In this document: positions 1 to 10,000 of the stretch, piece by piece
Numbering within the stretch: position 1 is the stretch's first letter
How the letters are laid out: each line of letters begins with the position of its first letter
Source of the DNA: an uncultured Thermoleophilia bacterium
GTDB lineage: Bacteria > Actinomycetota > Thermoleophilia > UBA2241
NCBI GenBank assembly: GCA_963808735.1
Contig: CAWEHE010000016.1
Span: 131,028 to 195,027, forward strand
DNA length: 64,000 nucleotides
Direction of reading: 5' to 3'
The notes under the pieces: model-generated
Seen by the model: the letters and a program-made list of their open reading frames with translations, nothing else
What the model was told of the DNA's origin: nothing
The model's database searches: none
Program-made: the position numbers and the translations under genes

Positions 1-219
1 GCAGGGCACGGCGTGGCCGTAGCGGGTGACGACGAGGCCCTCGAGTGGGCCGTCCCACTCGCGTTCGACGGCCCGCGCCATCGCCGCCGCGGCCTTGCCG
101 GCGCCGACCACGAGCGTCCGGCCGGCCGGAGGCTGCGGCAGCCGGCCGGGCAGCAGCAGCGCGGGGTCGGCCGCCGCGACGGCTGCGCCGAAGAGATCGA
201 GCAGCAGGTCGCGGCTCAT
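1..219 (-). CDS. Glycerate kinase (MOFRL/TtuD family), N-terminal part; gene continues past the window start
   Basis: The minus-strand translation from the ATG at 219 reads MSRDLLLDLFGAAVAAADP...LVVGAGKAAAAMARAVEREW, which is the typical glycerate-kinase N-terminus. The ATG overlaps the stop of the upstream gene (ATGA). Confidence 0.6.
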   Translation of the reverse strand, partial: MSRDLLLDLFGAAVAAADPALLLPGRLPQPPAGRTLVVGAGKAAAAMARAVEREWDGPLEGLVVTRYGHAVPC

Positions 220-1376
220 CCGCTCCACGGCGCGAGCCCCAGCGCGGCCGCGTTCACGATGCTGGGCGCCGCGTGCGGCGGCTCCGCGTCGCCGAGGAAG
301 GGGGCGACGTCGCTCGCGTCGGTCGCCGCCGGCCACACCGGCCAGCCGCTCAGGATGGCCGCGGCGTTGGCGGCGGCGAGGGTCGCCATGCCTTCGCGCG
401 TCCAGGTCGTGGCCGAGCCGAGGTGCGGCACCACGACCACGTTGTCGAGCTCGGCAAGGCCGGCCTGCATGGCCGGCTCGCGCTCGAAGACGTCCAGACC
501 GGCCCGGAAGCGAGGGTGCGCGCGGCAGTGCTCCACGAGGGCCGCCTCGTCGACGAGCGGGCCGCGGCTGGCGTTGACCAGGATCGCGTCGTCCTTCATC
601 GCCGCCAGTTCCGGCGCGCCGATCAGATGGCGCGTCTCCGCGGTGAGCGCCGCGTGGACGCTGACCACGTCGGCGAGGCCGAGCAGTTCGTGCAGGCTCG
701 CCGCGCGCCGGCAGCTCACCGCGGCCTCGCCGTTCGTCTCGAGGAACGCGGCGTAGTCGGCCACGTAGCGCTCCAGCTCGTCGTTGGCGCGCACGTCGTA
801 GTAGACGAGGTCCATCTTGTGGCCCTCGACCATCATCCTGGCGTAGGCGGTCCCGATGCGGCCGGCGCCGACGATGCCGACCGTGCCGCGGAAGAGCAGG
901 GAGCCGAGCAGCATATCGGGCAACCAGCCGTGGTAGTCGCCGGCGCGCATCATGCGGTCGCCCTCGGCGACGCGGCGGGCGGCGGCGAACGTGAGCGCCA
1001 CCGTCATCTCGGCGGTGGTCTCGGTCAGCACGCCGGGCGTGTTGCCGACCGGCAGGCCGAGGCGCGTCGCCGCCTCGACGTCGACGTTGTCGTGGCCCAC
1101 GGCGAACTGGCTGTAGATCCGCCCGCCGGCCCGGGAGAGGCGCTCGAGCAGCGACGCCGTCCACGGCTCGGTGAGCTGCCCGATGACGGCGTCCGCATGG
1201 TCGCCGATCGCGGCGAGGATCTCCGCCTCGCCGAGCGCGTGCGTGCCCTGCACGATCTCGACGCGGCAGTCGGCGGCGGTGAGCCGCCGCAGCCAGCGGT
1301 CGCCCGGCAGCTCTTTGGTCACGACCACGCGCAGCGTCCCGTCGGGGTTGACGACTCTGGCGTCAGGCTGGCTCAC
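216..1376 (-). CDS. D-isomer-specific 2-hydroxyacid dehydrogenase (glyoxylate/hydroxypyruvate reductase-like)
   Basis: Lies within ORF 216..1544. It has the NAD-binding motif GIVGAGRIGTAYARM and a catalytic-domain pattern conserved in D-2-hydroxyacid dehydrogenases. A GTG start at 1376 is proposed. It is paired with glycerate kinase. Confidence 0.75.
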   Translation of the reverse strand: MSQPDARVVNPDGTLRVVVTKELPGDRWLRRLTAADCRVEIVQGTHALGEAEILAAIGDHADAVIGQLTEPWTASLLERLSRAGGRIYSQFAVGHDNVDVEAATRLGLPVGNTPGVLTETTAEMTVALTFAAARRVAEGDRMMRAGDYHGWLPDMLLGSLLFRGTVGIVGAGRIGTAYARMMVEGHKMDLVYYDVRANDELERYVADYAAFLETNGEAAVSCRRAASLHELLGLADVVSVHAALTAETRHLIGAPELAAMKDDAILVNASRGPLVDEAALVEHCRAHPRFRAGLDVFEREPAMQAGLAELDNVVVVPHLGSATTWTREGMATLAAANAAAILSGWPVWPAATDASDVAPFLGDAEPPHAAPSIVNAAALGLAPWSG

Positions 1377-1642
1377 GGCACGACCTCCTCGATGAGCAAG
1401 GACAGGGTGATGGCTCCCATCACCCTGTCCGCGTCGAGCAGTCCGCTCTCGTCGCTCCAGGGGGCCCGTCGGACCGCGTTCCGGGTGCCTGAGAGTTTCG
1501 GCGGCGCATCCGGCGCCTTCCTTGCCCCTTCGGCGCCCGCTCACACTCCGTGCGGCGGGCTCTCACGCGATCGTCTGCCGGGCATCCTCGGCACTGCCCG
1601 AAGGCTAGCATCCGGCGGCGAGACCGGCAACGCCGCGCCGCC

Positions 1643-1999
1643 TTACGCCCGAAGGCTGAGCACCCAGAGCACCTGATACGCGACCACGGCGGCGAAGACG
1701 CCGGCGACCAGCGCCGCCGCCACGGTGGAGATCCGGTAGACGCGCAGCCGCCAGAGGAACAGCGCGCCGACGGTCACGATGCCGACCTTGAACGCGAGCG
1801 CGGGCACCGTGCCGGCGCGCAGGAAGAAGTCCATGATGCCGTTGGACTCCGTCGCGAAGCCCAGCCACATCCCGTACCGGGTCAGGGCCAGGTCGGCGAC
1901 GTTGAGCAGCCAGAGCTCCACCAGCAGCAGGAGGAGCACCTGGTCCCGCGCCTCGCTGGGATGAGGCAGCGTCTTGTGCGTGCGGATCCGCAGGCTCAT
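1643..1999 (-). CDS. Small hydrophobic membrane protein (118 aa)
   Basis: This is the C-terminal 118 codons of ORF 1643..2752, starting at MSLRIRTHK. It is strongly hydrophobic with high GC3. Its start overlaps the upstream gene's stop (ATGA). Confidence 0.45.
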   Translation of the reverse strand: MSLRIRTHKTLPHPSEARDQVLLLLLVELWLLNVADLALTRYGMWLGFATESNGIMDFFLRAGTVPALAFKVGIVTVGALFLWRLRVYRISTVAAALVAGVFAAVVAYQVLWVLSLRA

Positions 2000-3057
2000 C
2001 GGGGGAGCTCCCTGGTCACGATGGACTGACTGCCGCCGGCGGAGACGATCCAGGCGGCGGTGCTCCCGCTCACGGCGACCTCGGTGACGCTGCCCTCGAC
2101 CTCGGCCACCACGAACGCCGGGCCGCCGTCGAGCCGGCGGCCCATCACGCGGTATCTCTTCGCGCTCGGCGAAGCGCCGGCGGCCGCCGCGGCCTCCTCC
2201 GCCCAGACGACGGTCGTGCCGTCGAACGAGGGGCCCGCGAGGCCGGTGACCCCGGCGGCGAGCGTGCGCGTGTCGCCGCCGTCCACGCCGGCGGCGGCGA
2301 CCACGCCCGAAGCCTCCTGGTCGGAGGCCTGGCCCCAGACGAGCGTGCGGCCGGCGAGGGCGATGGCGGTGAGCGGGTCGCGGGAGAGCCTCGCCGACAC
2401 CGGCCACGAGCCTCCGCCGCTCAGCTCGCGCGCGGAGAACGGGCCCCTCTCGCTCGTCGCCCACACCACCAGGCCGCCGGAGACGACGGGCGCGCCGTAC
2501 CCGTCGGCGACCGGGAAGGTCTCCCCGCCGCCGATGCGCACCCCGCTGACGGCGGGGGAGGCGAGCGCCTCCGCCGAGCACCACACGGCGACGTCGCCGG
2601 AGATCGCGGGATACGAGTAGACCGAGCCGACCTCGGCGACCGTCCACCGGCGGCCGGACACGGTGTCGTAGGCCACGGCTTGGGCAGCCAGGCTCTGCGG
2701 CCGCTCGGCCTCGAACCAGAGCGCGTAGCGCTCGCCGATCGCCGGGTCCCACGTGGCGGTCATGCCGGCGCCCGGACCGAGCAGGCGGACCCAGCCTTGG
2801 TCCAGGTCGGCGTACTCGATGGACGGCCCGTCCTGCCAGAGCAGCCGCGGGCCGCTCAGACCCAGCCCGCTGACCTCGCGGCCTTGACGACCGACGATGC
2901 GCCAGCCGTCGGCGGTGGGCACCATCTCGGGCGCCCGCACGATGTAGGTCTGCTCGTAGTGGTAGCCGGCCGCCCCGAGCGCCGACCCGGCGGCGACGAC
3001 GATCAGCGAGACGAGCACGGCGCGCAGCCAGGAAGGGCGGCGAGGCGCGCGGTCCAT
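1996..3057 (-). CDS. Membrane-anchored repeat protein (predicted beta-propeller, repeated xxVVWxxxE/S blades)
   Basis: Lies in the frame of ORF 1996..4350. An N-terminal TM segment (LRAVLVSLIVVAAGSALGAAGY) is followed by 5-6 repeats ending in VVW/LVW/AAW motifs. There is no identifiable catalytic motif. Confidence 0.5.
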   Translation of the reverse strand: MDRAPRRPSWLRAVLVSLIVVAAGSALGAAGYHYEQTYIVRAPEMVPTADGWRIVGRQGREVSGLGLSGPRLLWQDGPSIEYADLDQGWVRLLGPGAGMTATWDPAIGERYALWFEAERPQSLAAQAVAYDTVSGRRWTVAEVGSVYSYPAISGDVAVWCSAEALASPAVSGVRIGGGETFPVADGYGAPVVSGGLVVWATSERGPFSARELSGGGSWPVSARLSRDPLTAIALAGRTLVWGQASDQEASGVVAAAGVDGGDTRTLAAGVTGLAGPSFDGTTVVWAEEAAAAAGASPSAKRYRVMGRRLDGGPAFVVAEVEGSVTEVAVSGSTAAWIVSAGGSQSIVTRELPR

Positions 3058-3164
3058 CTGGGCCGGCGCCGCGGTGCCGAAGACCGGCGGCGGCGCCGGC
3101 GGCGGGCCCGAGAGGGCGCCGTCCGCCGCGGCCGGCTGCTCCGGCTGCCCGCCCGCGGTTGGGC

Positions 3165-4350
3165 TCAGCTCGTCCGGCACAGGTGGAGCAGGTCCGCGTA
3201 GACGCCGTAGGCGGTCTGCGGCACCAGCCCGTGCCGCTCGCTCACGAGGACGTCGGCCATCAGGTCGGTGTGCAGCACGGCGCCGAGGGACTCGCCGGTG
3301 AGGGCCGCGAGCGGGTGCTCGATGTCGAGGTCCTCGGCGCGCAGCCGGGCGCGGACGGGGCCGGCGGGCGCAGCCGCCCCGGCCTCCGGGTGCCACGTCA
3401 TCGAGCGGCTCGCGCCACACGCTCGTCACCAGCCGCAGGCGCCGGCCGCCGGCGCGGGCGCGCGCGATGCGCTCGAGCGGGACGTCCGTCAGGCGCTCGC
3501 GCTCCACGTCCGCCGGCGTGATGCCGGCATCCATGGCGACGTTGGCGAGCGCGGCCGCCTTGCTCGCCGCGTCCCAGCCGTCCACGTCGTTGGACGGATC
3601 CGCCTCCGCGTAGCCCTCCGCCTGGACCTGCGCCAGGGCGTCGTCGAAGCTGCGGCCGGCGCCCATCGCGTCGATGATGAAGTTGGTCGTGGCGTTGAAG
3701 ACGGCATCGAAGCCGAGGAGCGTGCAGTCCGGGAGCGCGTACTCGAGAAGGCTGAAGACCGGGAGCCCGTCCATCACGGTGCTCTCGAAGCGGATGCGGC
3801 GGCCGCTCGCGGCGGCTGCCGCCGCCACCTCCGGCCAGCTCCAGGCGATCGGCCCCTTGTTGGCGGTGACCACGTCCATGCCGAGGCGGAACGCCTCGAG
3901 GACGTGGCCGGTGGCCGCCGGCGTGTACGCCGTCGCGCCGGCGGCGACGCCCGAGAGGTCGCCCATCACGGTGAGCTCGACGAGCACGTCCGCGCCGGAG
4001 GCGGCGAGGAGCTCGGGGGCCGGCCGGGCCGCCTGCGGCGGGGCCGGCGCGTCAACCACCGCGGCGAGGACCTGGGCCGGGGTCATGCCCGCCGGCTCGA
4101 GCAGGCTGCCGTGACGCGTGCCCGCCGCAGTGATCAGGACGCGCAGGCCGTGACGCTCCGCGAGTACGCCCTCCTGAGCCGCCAGCAGCTCGCAGAGCGA
4201 GCGCGCGACGCTGCCAAAGCCGAGCAGGCAGAGGCGCACCTCGCGCAGCCCCGCCGAAGGCTCCTCGGAGCCGAAGAGGGAGAGCCGGACGTCGCGGGGG
4301 GCGCCGGCCGGCGTTGCCGCGCCGGCGGGCCTGGCGGATCCGGCGCTCAC
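3165..4350 (-). pseudogene. hom: Homoserine dehydrogenase with an apparent frameshift near 3360-3380 (may be a sequencing indel)
   Basis: The N-terminal 310 residues (LCLLGFGSVARSL..ANKGPIA..DVDGWDAASKAAALANVA) are in the frame of ORF 1996..4350. The conserved C-terminal catalytic region (EHPLAALTGESLGAVLHTDLMADVLVSERHGLVPQTAYGVYADLL) is in the frame of ORF 3165..3401. Confidence 0.7.
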
Positions 4351-5618
4351 CGCACCGACCGCGAGAGGTCGCCGACGGCGGCCACGAGACGATCGAGCTC
4401 GCCCTCCGTGGTGTACGGGGCGAGCCCCACGCGCACCAGACCGCCGCGACCCTGCAGCCCGAGCAGCTCCACGAGGCGCTGGGCGTAGAAGTCGCCGTCC
4501 CAGGTGAAGAGGCCGCGCGCGCCGAGGGAGCGGCAGACCTCGCCGGCCTGGAAGCCGTCGATGGTGAACGACACCGTGGAGGTGCGCGGGCTGCCCTCCG
4601 GTGGCCCGTAGAGCCTGACGCCGGCGATGCCGGCGAGCCGCTCGCGCAGCCGCTTCGCGAGCGGCTGCTCGTAGGCCTCGCCGGCCAGCATGCCGGCGAC
4701 GACCGCCCGGCGCCGGCCCTGCAGGCCGGCGGGGAGGCGGTCCTCCACCATCGCCAGGTGCCGGTCGCCGAGGTCGGCGATGAAGTCGATCGCGGCGGTC
4801 GTGCCCGCCATGCCTTCATGATTGAGCGTGCCGGTCTCCCACACGAAGGGCGGATCGGGCTCCTGCGTGCTCAGCCGGACCGGGTCGAGCAGCTCGGTGG
4901 CCTCACGGCGGGCGTACATGAGCCCGACATGCGGGCCGAAGAACTTGTACGCGGAGCAGAGCAGGAAGTCGCAGCCGATGGCCCTGACGTCGATCGGCCC
5001 GTGCAGCGCGTAGTGCACGGCGTCGACGACGCTGAGCGCGCCCGCCTCGCGGGCCAGCGCGGCCGCGCGCGCGACGTCGTTGACCGTGCCGACGGCGTTC
5101 GAGGCGTAGCCGACGGCGACCACCCTGGTCTTGCCGGGCTCGACGAGCTTCTCGAAGGCGTCCCAGTCGAGGGTGCACGTCTCGAGGTCGACGGGCACCT
5201 CGCGGATGACGGCGCCGCGCTCGGCGAGCCGCAGCCACGGGCCCCGGTTGGCCTCGTGATCGAGCTGGGTGACCACCACTTCGTCGCCCGGCCGGATGTC
5301 GCGGGCGATCGCATCGCTCAGCAGGAAGCCGAGCGTGGTCATGTTGGCGCCGAAGCTGACCTCCTCCCAGTGGCAGCCGAGCAGGTCGGCGCCCGCCTCG
5401 TGCGCTCCCTGCACGACGGCGTCGGTCTCTTCGGAGGTCACGAAGGCGCCGTGGATGTTGCAGTTGTGGTTCACCAGGTAGTCGAGCACGGCGTCGAGCA
5501 CGCGCTGCGGCGTCTGCGTGCCGCCGGGACCGTCGAGGTAGGCGGCGGGATGCCCGTCGACCGTCCGCCTGAGGGCGGGGAACTGGCTGCGGACGTACGC
5601 GACGTCGAACTGGGGCAT
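4347..5618 (-). CDS. Class-V aminotransferase-fold PLP enzyme, cysteine desulfurase/selenocysteine lyase-like
   Basis: ORF 4347..5618 carries the SufS/CsdA-like motifs TTLGFLL, DHEANRGPW, DFLLCSAYKFFGPHVG (PLP lysine region) and a C-terminal GARG. Confidence 0.75.
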   Translation of the reverse strand: MPQFDVAYVRSQFPALRRTVDGHPAAYLDGPGGTQTPQRVLDAVLDYLVNHNCNIHGAFVTSEETDAVVQGAHEAGADLLGCHWEEVSFGANMTTLGFLLSDAIARDIRPGDEVVVTQLDHEANRGPWLRLAERGAVIREVPVDLETCTLDWDAFEKLVEPGKTRVVAVGYASNAVGTVNDVARAAALAREAGALSVVDAVHYALHGPIDVRAIGCDFLLCSAYKFFGPHVGLMYARREATELLDPVRLSTQEPDPPFVWETGTLNHEGMAGTTAAIDFIADLGDRHLAMVEDRLPAGLQGRRRAVVAGMLAGEAYEQPLAKRLRERLAGIAGVRLYGPPEGSPRTSTVSFTIDGFQAGEVCRSLGARGLFTWDGDFYAQRLVELLGLQGRGGLVRVGLAPYTTEGELDRLVAAVGDLSRSVR

Positions 5619-5704
5619 GGCTCACCTCGGGCCGGCTCGTGGCAGGGAGACCAGTGTACCGTCCCCGTGCAGGAAAGGCGCGCGTAGGGCAGGATGGTAG
5701 GACG

Positions 5705-8700
5705 ATGCGGACCAGCGGCGACAGAGCGACGGCGAAACCGGAGGCGGACGCGCACGGGCAGAAGCGCGAAGACTCGCTGCAGCGCGCGCTCGAACGCGAG
5801 TTCCCGGTCATCTGCTTCGCCTGGGACGGCACCGCCGTGGCGCGTCGCGACGCCGACGCGACGGCGGTCCGCGGCCGCGTGGAGCGGCTCACGGCGCTGG
5901 GCGTCGATATCGCCGTCGTGAGCAGCGCGCCCGTGGCCGAGGTCGACGCCCAGCTCGGCGCCCGCCCGGGCGTCGAGGGCCGGTTGTTCCTCTTTCTCTC
6001 GCGCGGCTCCGAGGTCTACGTCGTCGGCCCGTCCGGCCCGCGCCTGCTCGAGCGACGCCAGGCGACGCCGCTGGAGCAGGAGCAGCTGATCGCGACCGCG
6101 GCGGCGCTGCACGACCGGCTGGCCGCGGCCGGGCTCGATGTGGCGACCGTTCACGACCGCCTCAACCGGCGGTCGGTCGACCTCATCCCGGAGTGGCGCG
6201 AGCCGCCGGGCGCTGACGTCACGGAGCTCCGGAGCCGGGTCGACGAGCGCCTGCGAGGGGCCGGCCTCGGCGGACTGCGCGACTGCATCGAGCTGGCTCG
6301 CGAGCTCGCTCTGGACGCCGGCCTCGCGCACGTGGTCGTCACCAGCGACATCCGGCACATCGACATCGGCCTCACCGGCAAGAGCGACACGATGCGCGCG
6401 ATGATGCGGGCGCTCATCACGGGGCGCCGACGCCGGCCGCAGGACCTCCTGGTGCTTGGGGACACGTTCGGCGCCGTCAGTGACGGTGAGGGCACCGACG
6501 CCCCGATGCTGATCCCCGAGCTGCGCCGCGCGGTGTACGTCAGCGTCGGCGCCGAACCCAACGGGGTGCCGCCGGGAGTGCTTCTGGCCGGCGGCGGCCC
6601 GGTCGGGTTCCTCGACATCCTGCACGACCAGCTGGCGGCGCGGGAGATCGTGGCGCAGCGCAGCTTCCCCGAGCCCACCCTCGAAGCCGCCTGGCGCTTC
6701 GAGGTCAAGGGGTTCGACCCGTTCCGCGAGCGCGAGGTCGAGACCTGGCTCACGGTCGCGAACGGCGAGACGGGGACGCGCGGCGCCCTCGAGGAGGGCT
6801 CGGCGGTCTCCACGCCGGCCACCTTCGTCGCCGGCGTCTACGGCGACGGGACCGACGACCCGCCCTTCCGTCAACCCGTCCCCGCGCCCGACTGGACCGG
6901 GCTCCGGCTGATGGTCGGCGGCAGCGCGCTGAACCTGGCCAACGGCGAGATCATCGAGCACGACCGCGTGCTCGACATGCGCCACGGCGTCGTCTTCCGC
7001 ACCTGGCGGCAGCGCCTGCGCGGCGGCCGCACCGTGCGCGTGCGCACGGCCCGCTTCGCCTCGCTGGCCGACCGTCAGATCATGGCGGCCCGGGCCGAGG
7101 CGACGCCCGAGGACTTCTCGGGCTCCCTGGTGTGGCAGAGCGCCATCGGGGTGACGCACGCCGGAGGACCGACGAAGGAGACGGAGTTCGAGGCGCTCGA
7201 GGACCCGCCCGGGCTGATCGCGCGCACGCGCGGCCGCAACGGCGGCGGGCACGTGCTCGCGGTGACGACCAACCCGGCGCCCGGGTCGCCCGTGGCGCGC
7301 ACGCCGCAGCAGGCGCGCGACGTGATCGGCGGGCGCCTCGAGGCGGGCGACCCGGCCACCGTGGACCGGCTGGCGGCGATCGTCTCGGCGCGTACGCGGG
7401 CGCCCTCGTCGGAGACCGCGCGCCGCGCCCTCGCGCGGGCGGTGGAGACCGGGTACGACGAACTGCTGCGGCGGCACCGGGCGGCGTGGGACGCCGCCTG
7501 GCAGGCCGCCGACGTGCGCATCGACGGCGACGCCGACGATCAGCATGCGCTGCGCTTCGCCATCTACCACATGATCAGCACGGCGCACCCCGACAAGGAC
7601 ACCGTCTCGGTCGGCGCTCGCGGCCTCGGCGGCATGTCCTACTTCCTGCACGTCTTCTGGGACACCGAGATCTTCGTCCTGCCGTTCTACATCTACACGC
7701 AGCCGGAGACGGCGCGCACGCTGCTCACCTACCGCTACCGCAACCTCCCGGGGGCCCTGCAGAAGGCCGAGCACATGGGCCACCGCGGCGCGCTGTACCC
7801 GTGGGAGTCCGCCGATAGGGGCGTCGAGACCACCCCGCCGTACGGCTACGGACCCGCCGGCGAGAAGATCCCCATCCTCTCCGGCCTGATGGAGCACCAC
7901 ATCTCCGCCGACGTCGCCTGGGGCGCCTGGGAGTACTGGAAGGCGACCGGCGACGACGAGTTCATGGCGAGCATGGGCGTCGAGATGCTGCTCGAGACGG
8001 CGCGCTTCTGGGTCTCTCGCGCCAGCGTCGACGTCGAGGGCCGGTACCACGTGCGCCTGGTCGTCGGACCGGACGAGTATCACGAGGGCGTCGACGACAA
8101 CGCCTTCACCAACGTGCTCGCGCGCTGGAACATCAAGCGCGCGCTCGACGCGCTGGCGTGGCTCGAGGAGACCGATGGAGCCGGTGCCGGGGAGCTGACG
8201 GAGCGCCTCGGCATGACCGCCGAGGAGCTCGCCGGCTGGCCCGGCGTGATCGCCGGCTACGTGGACGGGTTCGACCCGGAGACGCTGCTCTACGAGCAGT
8301 TCGCCGGGTTCTACGACCTGGACGACGTGCCCATCGAGAAGATCCGTCCGCGTCCGATGCCCGCCGACCTGCTGCTCGGCCGCGACGTGACGCTCGTCAG
8401 CAAGGTGGTCAAGCAGGCCGACGTGGTCATGCTCTGCCACGTCCTCGCCGACGAGATCGACGAGACGACGACGCGGGCCAACTACGACTACTACGAGCCG
8501 ATCACCTGCCACGGCAGCTCGCTGAGTCCCGGCATCCACGCCGCCGTGGCGGCGCGGCTGCACGACGTGCCGGAGGCCACCGAGTACTTCAAGATGGCCG
8601 CGGCCATCGACCTCGCCGACAACATGGGCAACGCGGCCGCCGGCCTGCACATGGCCACCATGGGTGGCCTCTGGCAGGCGGCCGTCATGGGCTTCTGCGG

Positions 8701-8959
8701 CGTCATGCGCCGCGGCGAGGCGCTGCGCCTCGACCCGCAGCTGCCGAAGGCCTGGAAGCGGGTGCGCCTGCCGCTCCGCTTCCGCGGCGCGCACCTGAGC
8801 CTCGACCTCCGTCGCCGGAGGGCCGGCGTGGAGGTGGGTATAACCGTGGAGAAGGCGCCGGTCACCTTGCTGCTGGACGGAGAGGAGCGCGCGTTCCGTC
8901 CCGGCACGTATCGTCTGCGGCGCCCCGACGGGGAGGCCTGGCAGGTGAGCGCCGAATGA
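5705..8959 (+). CDS. Fusion protein: N-terminal HAD-like (trehalose-phosphatase-like) domain plus glycoside hydrolase family 65 phosphorylase (OtsB1-like architecture)
   Basis: Lies within ORF 5639..8959. The HAD motif is ICFAWDGTAV. The GH65 core reads YHMISTAHPDKDTVSVGARGLGGMSYFLHVFWDTEIFVLPFY...ALYPWESA. The start is taken at M23 (5705) because 5639 would leave only 20 bp to the divergent gene. Confidence 0.75.
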   Translation: MRTSGDRATAKPEADAHGQKREDSLQRALEREFPVICFAWDGTAVARRDADATAVRGRVERLTALGVDIAVVSSAPVAEVDAQLGARPGVEGRLFLFLSRGSEVYVVGPSGPRLLERRQATPLEQEQLIATAAALHDRLAAAGLDVATVHDRLNRRSVDLIPEWREPPGADVTELRSRVDERLRGAGLGGLRDCIELARELALDAGLAHVVVTSDIRHIDIGLTGKSDTMRAMMRALITGRRRRPQDLLVLGDTFGAVSDGEGTDAPMLIPELRRAVYVSVGAEPNGVPPGVLLAGGGPVGFLDILHDQLAAREIVAQRSFPEPTLEAAWRFEVKGFDPFREREVETWLTVANGETGTRGALEEGSAVSTPATFVAGVYGDGTDDPPFRQPVPAPDWTGLRLMVGGSALNLANGEIIEHDRVLDMRHGVVFRTWRQRLRGGRTVRVRTARFASLADRQIMAARAEATPEDFSGSLVWQSAIGVTHAGGPTKETEFEALEDPPGLIARTRGRNGGGHVLAVTTNPAPGSPVARTPQQARDVIGGRLEAGDPATVDRLAAIVSARTRAPSSETARRALARAVETGYDELLRRHRAAWDAAWQAADVRIDGDADDQHALRFAIYHMISTAHPDKDTVSVGARGLGGMSYFLHVFWDTEIFVLPFYIYTQPETARTLLTYRYRNLPGALQKAEHMGHRGALYPWESADRGVETTPPYGYGPAGEKIPILSGLMEHHISADVAWGAWEYWKATGDDEFMASMGVEMLLETARFWVSRASVDVEGRYHVRLVVGPDEYHEGVDDNAFTNVLARWNIKRALDALAWLEETDGAGAGELTERLGMTAEELAGWPGVIAGYVDGFDPETLLYEQFAGFYDLDDVPIEKIRPRPMPADLLLGRDVTLVSKVVKQADVVMLCHVLADEIDETTTRANYDYYEPITCHGSSLSPGIHAAVAARLHDVPEATEYFKMAAAIDLADNMGNAAAGLHMATMGGLWQAAVMGFCGVMRRGEALRLDPQLPKAWKRVRLPLRFRGAHLSLDLRRRRAGVEVGITVEKAPVTLLLDGEERAFRPGTYRLRRPDGEAWQVSAE

Positions 8960-9753
8960 CTCTTCTCATCGCCGTCGCCGACGCGGCCGCCGACAGAGAG
9001 CTCGTCAGCTCGGCGCGCGCGCTCGCGGCCGCCGCGCGCTGGGACGTGCGCGCCGTGCACGTCCGCGAGCCGGGCCTGCCGGAGCCGGCCAGCGCCGAGC
9101 TCGAGGACCTCGACCTGACGGCCGTCGACGGCGATCCCGTCGAGGCGCTCGCCCGGCTCGTCCAGGGGGCGGGCGTGGACGCCGTCGCTTTCGGCCACCG
9201 CTGTTCGGACGGCCCGGCCTGCGAGCCGGGCCTGGGCCACGTCGCCGAGGCGCTCCTCAACGGCCACGTGGCCCCCGTGCTGCTCGTCCGCCCGGGCATG
9301 CGCCCGGTCGCGGGCCTCAAGCGCCTCTACGTCCCGCTCGAGGGCAGCCCGTCCACATCCTCCGCGATGCGGGCCGCGGACGACGCCCTGTGCGCCCGCG
9401 GCCGTGAGATCGTCATGCTCCACGTCGTCACCGGCGACACGCCGCAGGAGACCGGCAGCCTGCCGGTGCCGCGCATCATGGACCAGGAGCACTACGAGTG
9501 GGGGGCCTGGCAGGACGAGTTCACGATGCGCTTCTCGCAGTGCCCGCGGGGCGGCCGGCACCGCGTCGCCGTGCGCGTCGGCGACCCGGCCGGCATCATC
9601 GCCGAGGAGGCCGGCGCAAGCGCCGCCGAGCTGATCGTGCTCTCGTGGAACGGGAGCTTCGAGAGCGGTCACGGCGCCGTGATCAAGGAGCTTCTGGACA
9701 CGGCGCCTTGCCCGCTCTTCCTCGTCCCCAGCGGCGTACCCGACGCCGTCTGA
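8956..9753 (+). CDS. Universal stress protein, tandem UspA domains
   Basis: The ATG overlaps the GH65 stop (ATGA). The sequence shows two USP-like halves (MTLLIAVADAAAD...; VMLHVVTGD...LIVLSWNGS). Confidence 0.7.
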   Translation: MTLLIAVADAAADRELVSSARALAAAARWDVRAVHVREPGLPEPASAELEDLDLTAVDGDPVEALARLVQGAGVDAVAFGHRCSDGPACEPGLGHVAEALLNGHVAPVLLVRPGMRPVAGLKRLYVPLEGSPSTSSAMRAADDALCARGREIVMLHVVTGDTPQETGSLPVPRIMDQEHYEWGAWQDEFTMRFSQCPRGGRHRVAVRVGDPAGIIAEEAGASAAELIVLSWNGSFESGHGAVIKELLDTAPCPLFLVPSGVPDAV

Positions 9754-9835
9754 GGCCGACGCGGCCGCCCTGCTTCTCCCGGCCGCCGTCTGAGAGGCCG
9801 CCCGCCCGGAGCCGGCCCCGGGGGCATCAAGTGCG

Positions 9836-9916
9836 CATACAGAGGCGCCGGCGTCCCGTAGAGATTCCGTCAGGACTCCCGACGCATCCCTTCGGGCCGG
9901 CTACGCTCGAGGCATG
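9836..9916 (+). promoter_or_regulatory. Leader/promoter element copy 1 (internal direct repeats tacaga...tagaga about 21 nt apart, then ttccgtcaggac, ending at ctcgaggcATGgtcgac)
   Basis: An approximately 75-nt block is highly similar to the block immediately upstream of the kdp leader ORF at 10410-10492. Confidence 0.35.
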
Positions 9917-10000
9917 GTCGACCCACTGCTCATCCCGCCGGGTGCCGGCTCCTGCCCCACAGGGCTCACTCGTCGACCGTCCGCGAGGGCGCCGAAATGA
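9914..10000 (+). CDS. Putative 28-aa upstream ORF, translationally coupled (ATGA) to the 119-aa ORF
   Basis: It starts at the ATG embedded in the conserved leader element. Its stop overlaps the ATG at 9997. Confidence 0.2.
   Translation: MVDPLLIPPGAGSCPTGLTRRPSARAPK

Noticed and set aside
45-1676. A long 543-aa ORF on the plus strand, and similar long ORFs at 5471..8794 (-), 6151..6822 (-), 19630..21460 (+), 24233..25849 (-), 30608..32038 (-), 40201..42471 (+) and 43624..45276 (+).
   Set aside because: They lie antisense to, or in alternate frames of, genes with clear conserved-family signatures. Their translations are Arg/Gly/Pro-rich low-complexity strings, the expected artefact of more than 70% GC DNA, with no domain motifs.
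1996-4350. A single 784-aa ORF joining homoserine dehydrogenase to the downstream repeat protein.
   Set aside because: The middle third is Arg/Pro-rich junk in the wrong frame. The conserved homoserine dehydrogenase C-terminus lies in another frame (3165..3401). The repeat protein has its own ATG (3057) and TM anchor. It is therefore interpreted as a frameshifted hom plus a separate gene.
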